The position numbers and the translations under genes are program-made. Positions 39,851-52,673 of a DNA stretch of 64,000 bases are shown piece after piece. The notes beneath the pieces are model-generated. The model had not been told where the DNA came from. It did not search any database and was given only the letters and a program-made list of their open reading frames with translations. This stretch comes from Octopus sinensis (lineage: Eukaryota), in contig NC_043002.1 of assembly GCF_006345805.1 (NCBI RefSeq), positions 92,194,001 through 92,258,000 of the forward strand. The letters run 5' to 3'. The number at the start of each line of letters is the position of its first letter. The stretch's first letter is position 1.

Positions 39851-40182
39851 AGGCTGGAGAAGAAATGCCTGTCGCAAAGTGTGTTTCGTAAAAGATGGAA
39901 GTCTATAGCAAGTATGTTGCGAGTGAAAGAACCTGTTTAATCGAGAATGTAGAAAAGGAGAAATCAGAGTCTTCAGTGTGAGTATGTGGTTTGTGGGGTC
40001 AACTACGTCCTCCGCTTCATTTTTTGTTAATCACTCATTCTCATTTACTTGTATATATTTTAATTGTTTGTTTATTCATGTTTCGTCTCATTCGATACCC
40101 TGACCCCAACGTTTGTTTTGTCCCCTCTTTTTCTCAACCTTATGGTGAATAAAGAAATACTCTCTCTCTCCCTCTCTCTCTC
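39851..40182 (+). mobile_element. Short 3' fragment of an L1/Tx1-like LINE with UTR and (CT)n tail
   Basis: 39851-39940 RLEKKCLSQSVFRKRWKSIASMLRVKEPV* aligns with the ORF end at 35.7-35.8 kb; shared GTTTAATCGA and TTTGTGGGGT; ends AATAAAGAAATA-(CT)n. Confidence 0.7.
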
Positions 40183-40794
40183 ATCCATGGCCATCTTCAT
40201 TCAATCCAGTGGTAAGACCAGGTCAAGACGAATTGGGATGGAGACGGAGACAGTGAACGATCAAGGTGTTTTATTTGTCTCATTTTGCTCTCTGAATTCC
40301 TTAATGCATTGCAGCAGCCGCCCGCTTCTCCATTGAACCGTGACATTTCTTTCGCAGAGTCAGTTGGATCAAGTCTTCACCTGCATAGGCAGACAAGCCT
40401 TAATATGCTAATTAACACATAGCCGGGGACCCTGACAGGTGTTATACTGCACCACTCCAGATCAGAGTAGACGTGGAAACAACAGTGGCAAAGAGATGGT
40501 TCAACACTCCTCAAAGCCTTTTCCTTTCCCAAGGCACTCACAAGGCAGTCTGCGCTTGCAGTTTCTTCCATAGCATGCTGATTAACTCATAGCTGGGTCC
40601 TTGACAGATGCTATTACTCCGGGTTAGATTAGGCTTGGGAACAACAGTGACTAAGAAGTGGTTCCACATTCCTCAAAAACCTGAAACTCCCGAATCACGC
40701 TGCCTGATGCCGCTTTAAACCTTACTCAGGACTTTTGTTTCGGTATAGCATTCCTGGTTGAGTGCCTTTCTCAGGTTCCGTATAGACATCCCAG

Positions 40795-40826
<32 letters not shown>

Positions 40827-41129
40827 CACACACACACATGTACCTTTTCGATATACACACGAGAGTAAAAGCGCTGAAAAGTACTTCGACATTCTCTTTG
40901 ACTGCCTCACTCTTAGCAATCCTTCCTTTTGTCCTCCTCCTCTCTCTCTCTCACTCACTCACTCACTCAGTAAAATCCCTCCCCTTCTCCTCTTTCCCCA
41001 CTACCCCCAATCCCTCACACCTTCTCACTCTCTATCTCTCTTTCTCTCTCTCCCCATCTCCTCCTCCCTTTTAAATTGATTTCTCGTTTAACATTGTTAA
41101 CACACAAAACACACGCAACACAAACGCAC

Positions 41130-41980
41130 GGATACTATTTCGTTCCTTCTCTCTCTCTCTCTCTCACTCTCTCTCTCTCACTCTCTCTCTCTCTCTCACT
41201 CTCCAATCTCTTTTCCTTCATTTTCATATTTCTCTCTCTTTCTCCTTCACACACTCTCTTTCTTTATTTCTTTTTCTTTTCTTCTTTCTCTCTACCATGT
41301 TTTCCCTTTCTATCACTCTCACCGCCACCCCCTCTCTCTCTCTCTCTCTTTGTTTCTTTCTCACTCTTGCATTTTTATCTCAATTTTGTCTTTCTCTCTC
41401 TGTCTCTTTCTCTCTCTGTCTCTTTCTCTCTCTCTCTCTCTCTCTTTGTTTCTTTCTCACTCTTGCATTTTTATCTCACATTTTGTCTTTCTCTCTGTCC
41501 TCTCATCTGTATTCTCTCTCTGTCCTATCTCTCTCTCTCTCTCTCTCTCTTTGTTTCTTTCTCACTCTTGCATTTTTATCTCACATTTTGTCTTTCTCTC
41601 TCTTCCTCTCTCTCTGTCTCTCTCTCTGTCTCTTTCTCTCTCTCTCTCTCTCTTTGTTTCTTTCTCACTCTTGCATTTTTATCTCACATTTTGTCTTTCT
41701 CTCTCTTCCTCTCTCTCTGTCTCTCTCTATGTCTCTTTCTCTCTCTCTATCTCTCTTTGTTTCTTTCACTCTTGCATTTTTATCTCACCATCTTTGTCTT
41801 TTCTCTCTCTTCCTCTCTCTCTGTCTCTATCTCTGTTCTTTCTCTCTCTCTATCTCTCTCTCTCTCTCTTTGTTCTTTCTCCTCTTGCATTTTTATCTCA
41901 CATTTTCTTCCTTCTCTACTTACTCTCTCTCACCTCTCTCTCTGTATCTCTGTCTCTGTCTCTCTCTCTGCCTCCTCCTC
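41130..41980. repeat. Polypyrimidine (CT)-rich array with six ~100-bp higher-order units
   Basis: TTTGTTTCTTTCTCACTCTTGCATTTTTATCTCACATTTTGTC at ~41349, 41443, 41549, 41653, 41755 and 41868. Confidence 0.9.
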
Positions 41981-41999
41981 CTAACATATATTTTTATAT

Positions 42000-42960
42000 C
42001 AGCCGCCCCACCACACCACCACCACCACCCTGAAACCAACTCATAAATTATTCATACGTACTCCCACCCCTTTCACCCCGCTGTCACTCCATGTTTATTC
42101 TGGCAGCTGTTTAACTCTGTGCTTCTCACCGAATCGACACCTCCGCCACCACCACCACCACCACCACCACCACCACCACCACCACCACCACCACCATCAC
42201 TATCATCACAACCATTAACAACAACACTAGCACTCACCAGTATTATTCTTATCACCACCATCACCACCGCACAAGACCACCACCACCACCAACACCACCA
42301 ACACCACCGCCACTACTACCAGAACCACCACCGTCACCACTACCACCACAACCACCACTATCACTAAACCACCACTACCACCGAACTACCACCACAAATA
42401 CCACCACCGCAACCACCACGACCACAACCATCACCACCACCATCACCACCACCACTACTTCTACAGCCACAACAACAGCAACAACAATAATCATCTTCTA
42501 CTACCACTCCTGCAACAATCAACTGCTACCAACACTGCACTACAACAGCCGCTACTACTACCATGACGACAATCCCCCTCCCACTACCGTTCCTCACAAC
42601 AACAACTACCACCCCCACAACAACAATTACGACCGTATCACTACCACTTACGAACAATGCTACTACAGTTATTAGCACTGCCATTAGCAGTATTGGCTGC
42701 AAACACCACCAACGCCACAACCACTGACGCCACCATCATCCCCACAGCCACCGACAGGCCACCACCGCCACCACCACCACCACCACCACCACCACCACCA
42801 CCACCAACACCAACAACGACACGGGCACCACCACCACAACCACAGATACCACCACCGACGTCACCACCACCATCAACAACCACTACTACCACCACCACCA
42901 CCACCACCACCATCACCACTACCTCTACTACCACCAGCGCCAAACCTTCACTAGTACCAC
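42000..42960. repeat. (CCA)n / (ACC,ACT,ACA) low-complexity tract
   Basis: Direct inspection; source of the poly-P/T/H ORFs. Confidence 0.95.
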
Positions 42961-43715
42961 TACCAAAACAAGCAACGATACCCTACAGGTACCAAGAACC
43001 GCATCTGTCGTCACTAGACCCCGAAGAGAGAGTTACTTAAGAATTCGCGACTAATTATACTGTGTCAACGTACAACAATAATGCGTTCAGCAAGGAATGA
43101 AGTCCTAGATAAACTACATCTGAAAATGAGATGGAACTGTCATGGTTGGACTGGACTGGACTGGATTGGATGGGATAGGATGAGAGGTCTATTTAGTTAA
43201 AGCCGACCTGGGGTTTAAATGATGTGTACAACGCTATCACCACCGCCTCCGTCAACAACCGCCGCTAACAGTACTTTCACACACATTATTAACACACCGA
43301 CCTAGTTTCATTTTGAGGTCTGTAGGTTAGAACTATATAGTACATACACACATAAAAATACACACACTCAAGCACAATCATACACACACACACACATATA
43401 CATATGAACATATGTATATACATAGATGCACGTGCGCGCTCACACACACTTATAGCATATACAAACATATTTTATATATAATATATATATATATATATAA
43501 TATATATATCAGGCACAAACATACAACACATACATACCCATACATTTACATATCATAATATATATATATATATATTATATATATATATAGTATATATATA
43601 TATATATATATGAATATATCCATATGAAGATACATACTTATATAACGTACATGTATACATACATACACCCACGTACAAATACATACATACATACATACAT
43701 ATATATTATATATAT

Positions 43716-43753
<38 letters not shown>

Positions 43754-43756
<3 letters not shown>

Positions 43757-43980
43757 GTTGGTGCATAATTATGCCTGTTTTTTTTCAACAAATTTTATTC
43801 AACAATAACAACATTTAACAAATACATCTTTAAATGACGATCTGACTGACTGCCAAGCAAATGGGGAAAGAGTAATTGAAGTAGATGGTGAATAAGCTCC
43901 GGAATAATCATTTAAATATGTTTTTGTTACATGTTATTGTTTTTGTTGAATAAAATTCATTGAAAAAAAGCGGCAATAAT
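43754..43980 (+). mobile_element. Mariner-derived MITE retaining only the last ~20 transposase codons
   Basis: Left arm GAGGTTGGTGCATAATTA...TTTTATTCAACAATAACAACA inverted at 43932-43980; internal LPSKW..VIEVDGE*APE*. Confidence 0.65.
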
Positions 43981-44172
43981 ATATCATCATCATCATCATC
44001 ATCGTTTAACGTCTGCTTTCCATGCTAGTATGGGTTGGACAATTTGACTGAGGGCTGGTGAACCAGATGGCTGCACCAGGCTCCAATCTTGATCTGGCAG
44101 AGTTTCTACAGCTGGATGCCCTTCCTCACGCCAACCACTCCGAGAGTGTAGTGGGTGCTTTTTATATATATA

Positions 44173-44565
44173 CTAGCAGTATCGCCCGGCGTTGCTCGGG
44201 TTTGTAAGGGAAATAACTATATAAGCATTTTTAGAGCAAAAAATAGAAAAAAAATGCATTAAAAATTGAAAAAAAATTAAGGTAAATTTTTTTTTAAATC
44301 GTTGACACATCGTAGATATTTTTAGAGAGTTACTTCCCTTATATAAAAGCGAAAAAAATGCATTAAAATGGAAAAATATGATGGTAAATTTTTTTAAATC
44401 GTAATCGTAGACTCATCGTAGACGCACGCTAATACCAGAAGGGCTCGATATGAATCACGACTATAAGATACCCGCTTTTGGTTAAACTGCACCGACAAAA
44501 TGTGGGAGTGAGTTAGGAATCTAAATCGTAGGAGACAGACACACAACTTCACTCTTATATAAAGA
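44173..44565 (-). mobile_element. Non-autonomous Helitron, second copy
   Basis: Reverse complement of 29043-29438, with A|TC and CTAG|T ends. Confidence 0.85.
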
Positions 44566-45602
44566 TGTTTTTTTTTTTCAGTCATAGAGTTAGATTTATG
44601 AAGGTCTTCAGTAGAAAATCCTTCGAATTCTGACTCGCTGCTTGATATAATGTAATTCGTATCCATTTTTTGTCAGAATTACAAATTTTGAAAACACAAT
44701 AGGAACAAATTTCGGAAAAAACGGGCGGCTTGGTAACTATATATAAGTGTCGTCTGTTTATACATAAACACTGTTTCATACTGCAATTATATATACATAT
44801 ATCTATATATAATATTATATAATAAAATATATACAGAGTAAAATAAAAACCAATTTACCTTTTCTGTCCGTCCGTGTGTCTTTGCAAATGTGTTGGAATG
44901 ATAAGTGAGTTGAGTTTTGGCGCCTTTTTTACTAATAACACACACACGTGTTTGTATGTAGTTGTATGTGTATGTAGTTGTATGTAGTTGTATATGTATG
45001 TGTATGCGTGTGTGGAGGAATGACACACACACACTCACGCACGCACACATGTACATCAATGCTTTCGGAGTGATATGTTAAAATATTGAGTTTTCTCGAA
45101 TTTTGTCTTAATTGGTGGTAAAATTGAAGAAATTTTTATGGCATCACCCACTGAAGTACTCTGAAAAATCTTAGGTAAATTCTAATGAAGAAATTGTGTG
45201 AGGAGTAAATGGTTATGTATTTATTTGTTTCTGTTTGCTGTGTTTTTTTATTTTTTGAGTAGTGGTTTAAATACTTTCAGTTTAGTCTTCCTCAAATCAC
45301 TCTGTCGCTATTTACTTTCATTTTATTCGTTGCAAACTGTGTGTGTGCGTTTGCGTGTGGTGTAAACCAGACTAAGAAAAGCATTTGACACACACACCAG
45401 AATGTGAGTTTTCTGTAAATTTTGCTTAATTGGAGTTTAAATTTTAAAAACTGGACCTGGCATGACGCGATGCATTCTACTCTTAAAAATGCTAGGTAAA
45501 TTGTAATTGAAGAAATCCTATATTGTAGATTTCTATAACTCCCAAAGGGAGGCAGATAAAATCTGCCTTTTATAATAAGAGATATATATATATATAAACA
45601 CA

Positions 45603-45647
<45 letters not shown>

Positions 45648-46139
45648 CACACACACGTAAAGACGGCTTTTCAGAGTTAGTGAAGCATAGGAAAGAATGC
45701 GACGAAGTATTTTTCCCAACACTCTGCAGTCTGAGTTCAAATCCTGCTTTTCAAGATGGAGACAAAAATAAAAAGCCACAAAACCCAAAAAGCAAAGACA
45801 AAAAAAAAAACTACCAATCTTGGGTGGTAACTTATAAAGGGGTCGAGGGCGATGCCTTATAGAGATTGTGTTTCGTCAGTAACACTTGTGATGGCATTGG
45901 CAGTAATTAGAACAGGCACAAAGTGACGATTTTTCCTCTTGGATAACCATTGGTGACTAGGAGATAACATTGACCGAGCAACAGTTGTCAAGATTGGAAG
46001 TTGTCAGTCGACAATCTTCGTCATGAATTCTTGTCCAGATTTTGACATGTAGTTTGACGGTCAACCTTAACTGACTAAGCACATACACACACACACATAC
46101 ATACACACGTACAAACGCACACTCATACGCACACACACA

Positions 46140-48145
46140 CACACACACACACACAAGCACGTACAGATGCACACACAGATGTATATATTCGGGTATACAC
46201 ACGCATACGCACGCACACAGTCATATAGACACGCATATAAGCATACACATACACGAACACATATTCAGACACACACACACACACAGTCACATACACACAC
46301 ATTTGTACACGTGCACACACCATAGATACAGTCATGTGTAGACGTACACTTACACACAGACGTACACCACACACACCACACACAGACTGCACGCACCATG
46401 CATACAGACACACACTCACGCAACAATCACATACACACATATATACGTGCATACGCACTCTTGCAGGAACATACATTCACACACAAAGTCGCATACAGCC
46501 GCACACACACACACAAAGACACAGTTACGTATAATGCACACTCACACACACAGACACGCACACACATACAGACGCACTCATGCATGCATACACACAACAC
46601 ACTCACGCCCAGATTCACACATACACTCGCACGCACGTACACATTAGCGCACACTCACAGACACTGTCATATACACACGCACACTCACACGCAGACGTAC
46701 AAACACATACAGAGGCACACACAGAAACACACACGCGTGCATTACATACGCACACACTCACACACAGATTCACATACAAACGCACAGATACACGCATATA
46801 CACAATACATACACGAACACACTTAAGTCTTGCAGGTGTTGAGCTTAGAGGACTCACGAGGCATAAGTTTAGCCCAGTCTCAATGGCGTGTGAGTAACTG
46901 AAGTCAGAACACTCCCCTACCAACATCCCCTGGACGGGACGCCAGTCCATCGCAGGGTTAACTTCCCAGCTATTTTTTTTTTTTTGAGACTCATTTACAG
47001 CTGAGTAGGACTAGAGCAACATGAAATGAAACGTTTTTTTCGCTTCAGAATATACAACGCACCACCGCTCACGATCGTGTATTACGACCAGTCTCACGAT
47101 CGTGAGAGCATCCTCTTCAGCACTCGACACGCAACCTTTACACACACACACCACACACAAGCACGTACAGATGCACACACAGATGTATATATTCGGGTAT
47201 ACACACGCATACGCACGCACACAGTCATATAGACACGCATATAAGCATACACATACACGAACACATATTCAGACACACACACACACACAGTCACATACAC
47301 ACACATTTGTACACGTGCACACACCATAGATACAGTCATGTGTAGACGTACACTTACACACAGACGTACACACACACACACACAGATGCACGCACACATG
47401 CATACAGACACACACTCACGCAAACAATCACATACACACATATATACGTGCATACGCACTCTTGCAGGAACATACATTCACACACAAAGTCGCATACAGC
47501 CGCACACACACGTACACAAAGACACAGTTACGTATACATGCACACTCACACACACAGACACGCACACACATACAGACGCACTCATGCATGCATACACACA
47601 CACACTCACGCCCAGATTCACACATACACTCGCACGCACGTACACATTAGCGCACACTCACAGACACTGTCATATACACACGCACACTCACACGCAGACG
47701 TACAAACACATACAGAGGCACACACAGAAACACACACGCGTGCATACATACGCACACACTCACACACAGATTCACATACAAACGCACAGATACACGCATA
47801 TACACACATACATACACGAACACACTTAAGTCTTGCAGGTGTTGAGCTAGAGGACTCACGAGGCATAAGTTTAGCCCAGTCTCAATGGCGTGTGAGTAAC
47901 TGAAGTCAGAACACTCCCCTACCAACATCCCCTGGACGGGACGCCAGTCCATCGCAGGGTTAACTTCCCAGCTATTTTTTTTTTTTTGAGACTCATTTAC
48001 AGCTGAGTAGACTAGAGCAACATGAAATGAAACGTTTCGCTTCAGAATATACAACGCACCACCCGCTCACGATCGTGTATTACGACCAGTCTCACGATCG
48101 TGAGAGCATCCTCTTCAGCACTCGACCACGCACCTTTACACACAC
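46140..48145. repeat. Tandem duplication of a ~1004-bp unit (degenerate CA-rich block + SINE)
   Basis: AAGCACGTACAGATGC at 46155 and 47159; units differ mostly by small indels. Confidence 0.9.
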
Positions 48146-48457
48146 ACACACACCACAGCCACCGTCACCAACACCGACGTCGCCACCACCACCATTTAGC
48201 TGTAGAGATGTTTTGCTCCAGAATACAACGCACCGACCGCTCCAGGAATCGAAACTATGATCTCTTGATCTCATGCCTTTCCCTACTAGGCCACGCACCT
48301 TCACACTGAACTCTCCCCCACCCGACCTAAACGGGACGCCGGTTAACTTCCCAACTATTGCTGGAATTCATTTACAACACACCACTCGCTCATGATCGTG
48401 TATTACGACCAGTCTCACGATTGTGAGAGCATCCCCTTCTGCACTCGGCCATGCACC

Positions 48458-48524
<67 letters not shown>

Positions 48525-49629
48525 ACTTGTTTCAGTCATTTGACTGTGGCCATGCTGGAGTACCGCCTTTAGTCGAGCAAATCGACCCCAGGACTTATAC
48601 TTTGTAAGCATAGTACTTATTCTATTGGTATATTTTGCCGAACCGCTAAGTTACGGGGACGTAAACACACCAGCATCGGTTGTCAACACAGACACACACA
48701 CATATACATATATACATATAGATACGAGGGCTTCTTTCAGTTTCCGTCTACTTTGGTCAGCCCGAGGCTATAGTAGAAGACACTAAGTTGTTCCACCAGT
48801 CACCTCTGCTTGACGAGTACAGAGTTGCGAGTAAGTTAGAACTTTCTTCTATCTTTTATTACTCATACTTGTCTTAATCACCGGACAGCAGCCATGCCCG
48901 GGGCACCGCCTTCAAGGACTTAGTCAAAGAAGTCGGCCACAGTATTTAATTTTTGAAGTGTGGCACTTACACTAGCGATCTCTTTAGCCGAATCGATAAA
49001 TTGCGGTGAATTAAACACATCAACACCGGTTGTCAAGTAGTGGTGGTGGTGGGGGGACAAACACAAAGACACACGCAGATAATACACGCGCGTGTGCACA
49101 CACACACACAAACACACGCACACACTCACGCAATACATACACACATACACAAACACATACACACGCACACATGCACATACGCAATACATACAAACACACA
49201 CAAACACATAAACACGCACACACACACACATACATACACACATACATACACACATACACACGCACACATACACACACATACATACACACGCACATACACA
49301 CATACATACACACGCACATACACACATACACACGCACATACACACACATGCACACACACACGCACGCATGCGCACGCACACACATGACAGACTTCCATGC
49401 AGTATCCGTCTACCCAAGGCCTATAGCAGAAGGCACTTGTCCAAGGTGCCGCACGATGGGACTGAATCCGAAATCGCGTGCTTACGAAAAATGCTTTTGA
49501 ACAACACAGTCGTGCTTACGCTGATTAATATATAATCAATATAACATAATATGTGGGATATATATGCGTGTATGCGTATGTGTGTGTATCGGCTTCCTTC
49601 GTGAGTACAATTGTTTTGTTTGTTCCTTC

Positions 49630-50550
49630 TCGAGCCACGCCGGTTTCCTGGTCACCTTGGTGTATAGGTTCCCCACCTGAACGGGACGCCGATCCGTCGC
49701 AGATAAGCTGCAAGATGCAGAAGGAAAGAGTGAGAGAAAGTTGTGGCGAAAGAATGAGCAGAAGTTCGCCCTTACCTTCTGTCGGAACCGTGTGGAGCTT
49801 AGATATTTCGCTCATAAACACACACATCGCCCGGTCTGAGATTCGAACCCGTGATCACTCGACCGCGAGTGCGCTGCTCTAACCACTAGGCCATGTGCCT
49901 CCAGTGAGTGCTATAGGTAACATATAGTCCACTCTAAACTATTGCATGATCACAGCCCATATAAATATATATAAGATCTAGGCATCGAATCGAAGTGTAG
50001 GAAGAGAGTTAGCTTCAAGCAATCCGTAATAAATATAGGAAACAACTTTCGGAGATAATAGTAGTTTACTGAGACGGATTGTACATTTTTCTTATCCAAG
50101 TATGATAAATTGAAAAAAGTTCGTTCTATATTTCACGGTATGCAACCAGGGTTGCCAGGTATGCGAATAAGAATACAAGAGTTAAGGAATGAAGTAGATA
50201 AGATCCAGGCTACGTATGTTTCATACCGAGCGGAATCTTGGAAGTGGTTAGGTTGTTCCTTCTGGAGCCATGCCTGGCTCATAAGGGCCGGTTTCCCGGT
50301 TTCTTGGCGTATAGGTTCCCCACCTGGACGAGACGCCGGTCTGTCGCAGGTGAGCTGCAAGATGTAGGAGGAAAGAGTGAGAGAAAGTTGTGGCGAAAGA
50401 GTCAGCAGAAGTTCGCCATTACCTTCTGCTAGAGCCGTGTGGAACTTAAGTGTTTCGCTCATAAACACAGACATCGCCCGGTCTGAGATTCGAACCCGCG
50501 ATCCCTCGACCGCGAGTGCGCTGCTCTAACCACTAGGCCATGTGCCTCCA
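49630..50550 (-). mobile_element. Two SINE-C1 copies (49630-49905; 50248-50550 with TSD AATCTTGGAAGTGG)
   Basis: Head GGAGGCACATGGCCTAGTGGTTAGAGCAGCG; tail ...CCCTTATGAGCCAGGCATGGCTC; plus-strand copy at 53087-53385. Confidence 0.85.
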
Positions 50551-50716
50551 CAATCTTGGAAGTGGGAAGTATCCAAGTGAGGTGTATGCCGCAAACTATT
50601 CTTCAGACCAAGGATATCTTGATAAATAAAAGTTTACATTGTCACAAGGAGGTACATGTTAACACATGGAAGATTACTTGCAACAATGTAGCCTTTAATC
50701 TAATCATGATATCTCT

Positions 50717-50799
50717 GGCCTGAAGAGTAGCTTGCAGTATACACCTCGCTTGGATATTTACCACTTCGATGTTCCGCTCGCTATGAAACACATGTAGCC
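50717..50799 (+). ncRNA. Type I hammerhead ribozyme motif with canonical core
   Basis: GGC-CTGAAGA-GTAGC[48 nt]GCTAT-GAA-ACA-CA-TGT-A-GCC; cleavage triplet GUA. Confidence 0.7.
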
Positions 50800-50844
50800 C
50801 GGATCTTATCTACTCCATTCCCTAACTCTTCTCTCTCTCTCTCC

Positions 50845-50879
<35 letters not shown>

Positions 50880-50883
<4 letters not shown>

Positions 50884-51130
50884 AGGACCGATCAGACCAT
50901 CAGATGTTGCTACACATCGCTGGTCACAATGCGCTTCGCATTGTTTTAGCCTTTGAATGACGCCACCCCGCTGGCTAAGTGAGCAGGCCAACAGAAGAAA
51001 GAGTGAGAGAAAGAGTGGTGAAAGAGTACAGGAGGGATCACCAACCCCTGTCGGATCACAACGCCCGGACTGGGATCGAAACCGCAATCCTGCGACCGCG
51101 AGTCCGCTGCCCTAACCACTGCGCCTCCAC
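50880..51130 (-). mobile_element. SINE-C2 with an internal deletion
   Basis: Match to 14128-14425. Confidence 0.75.
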
Positions 51131-51175
51131 ACACACACACACACACACATACACACACCAACACACACATATATA

Positions 51176-51231
<56 letters not shown>

Positions 51232-51594
51232 CACACACACCACACACACACATACACACACACACATATATCGACATGCGAAGTTAATGGAAATTAGCAT
51301 AACGGGAAGAAGTATATACATATATGAGCCTTCAGTACCCGTTGTATTCATTGAGGAACACTGATGAGGTTTTTTGTATGATTATATGTTTCTACGAGTT
51401 ATGTAATTTATAAAGGTAATTTACTTCAACACGCGTATGTTCTACAAAGCATTGATTACTATATCTGCTTTCTGTATTTTATTATGAACATACATATTAT
51501 ACGCATATGAGTTTATGTGTGTGTATACACGTACGCGTGCACGCCCCTCCCCCATACATACGCACACGCACGCACACGCACGCACACAAGCATG

Positions 51595-51653
<59 letters not shown>

Positions 51654-51955
51654 CCAATAAAAAAATATACTGCTATTATATCCTCTTTTAAGTACGTAAG
51701 GACTTATTGGGGAAGGTTTTTTGCTACTATTTCTAATAGGATTTGGAAATTCCGCTGTTTCATCTCATCAGAGATCGAATTATTTGCGGCGGCGGTGACG
51801 ATATGTATATACAAGTTATGTAAGTGTGGCTGTGTGTGTAAGAAGGTTGTTCCGCAATCATGTAATCATGGGTTCAATCTCACTGCACAGTTCCTTGGGC
51901 TGATCAAAGCCTTGTGAGTGGATTTTGGTAAGCGGAAAATGAAATAAATCCATTG

Positions 51956-51991
<36 letters not shown>

Positions 51992-52285
51992 TATGTGTAT
52001 ATATGAATGTAATTTAGTTATAAGAATTCCTTAAGAATCAAGGCACATCGACCTAGACGACGCCAGAAAATGGCTGGGTAGAAACACACAGATCTCAGTG
52101 AAATAGAACATCCTTGTAGACTTCAAGTGCTGGCAAGTATCAAATCCAATTTGTAATCCTCGATCTGTTTTACCAGTACAATCCTGTGTGAGGCGTAGGT
52201 ATAAAACAGCAAAAGCGAATGGCGTTTAAAATGTACGAAAACTATTTCAATAGAAATTTACATAATGTAGTCGTAAAAAAGACTA

Positions 52286-52673
52286 TGGATGGAAGCACTC
52301 CGTCGGTTACGACGGCGAGGGTTCCGGTTGATCCGAATCAACGGAACAGCCTGCTCGTGAAATTAACGTGTAAGTGGCTGAGCACTCCACAGACACGTGT
52401 ACCCTTAACGCAGTTCTCGGGGATATTCAGCGTGACACTGAGAGTGACAAGGCCGGCCCTTTGAAATACAGGTACAACAGAAACAGGAAGTAAGAGTGAG
52501 AGAAAGTTGTGGTGAAAGAGTACAGCAGGGATCACCACCATCCCCTGACGGAGCCTCGTGGAGCTTTAGGTGTTTTCGCTCAATAAACACTCACAACGCC
52601 CGGTCTGGGAATCGAAACCGCGATCCTACGACCGCGAGTCCGCTGCCCTAACCACTGGGCCATTGCGCCTCCC
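52286..52673 (-). mobile_element. Young SINE-C3 with 14-bp TSD CGTAAAAAAGACTA
   Basis: TSD at 52272-52285 and 52674-52687. Confidence 0.9.

Noticed and set aside
39895-39983. Apparent first exon MEVYSKYVASERTCLIENVEKEKSESS|GTGAGT
   Set aside because: Another frame is the ORF2 terminus of the L1/Tx1-like LINE, and the DNA is homologous to 35.75-35.88 kb.
44394-44666. ORF MDTNYIISSSESEFEGFSTED...
   Set aside because: It runs into the Helitron; the acidic EFEGF motif may be a transposase tail, but is too short to assign.
51758-51778. Minus-strand CTGATGA-GAT-GAAAC hammerhead-like words
   Set aside because: No room for stem II, and no stem I or III complementarity.
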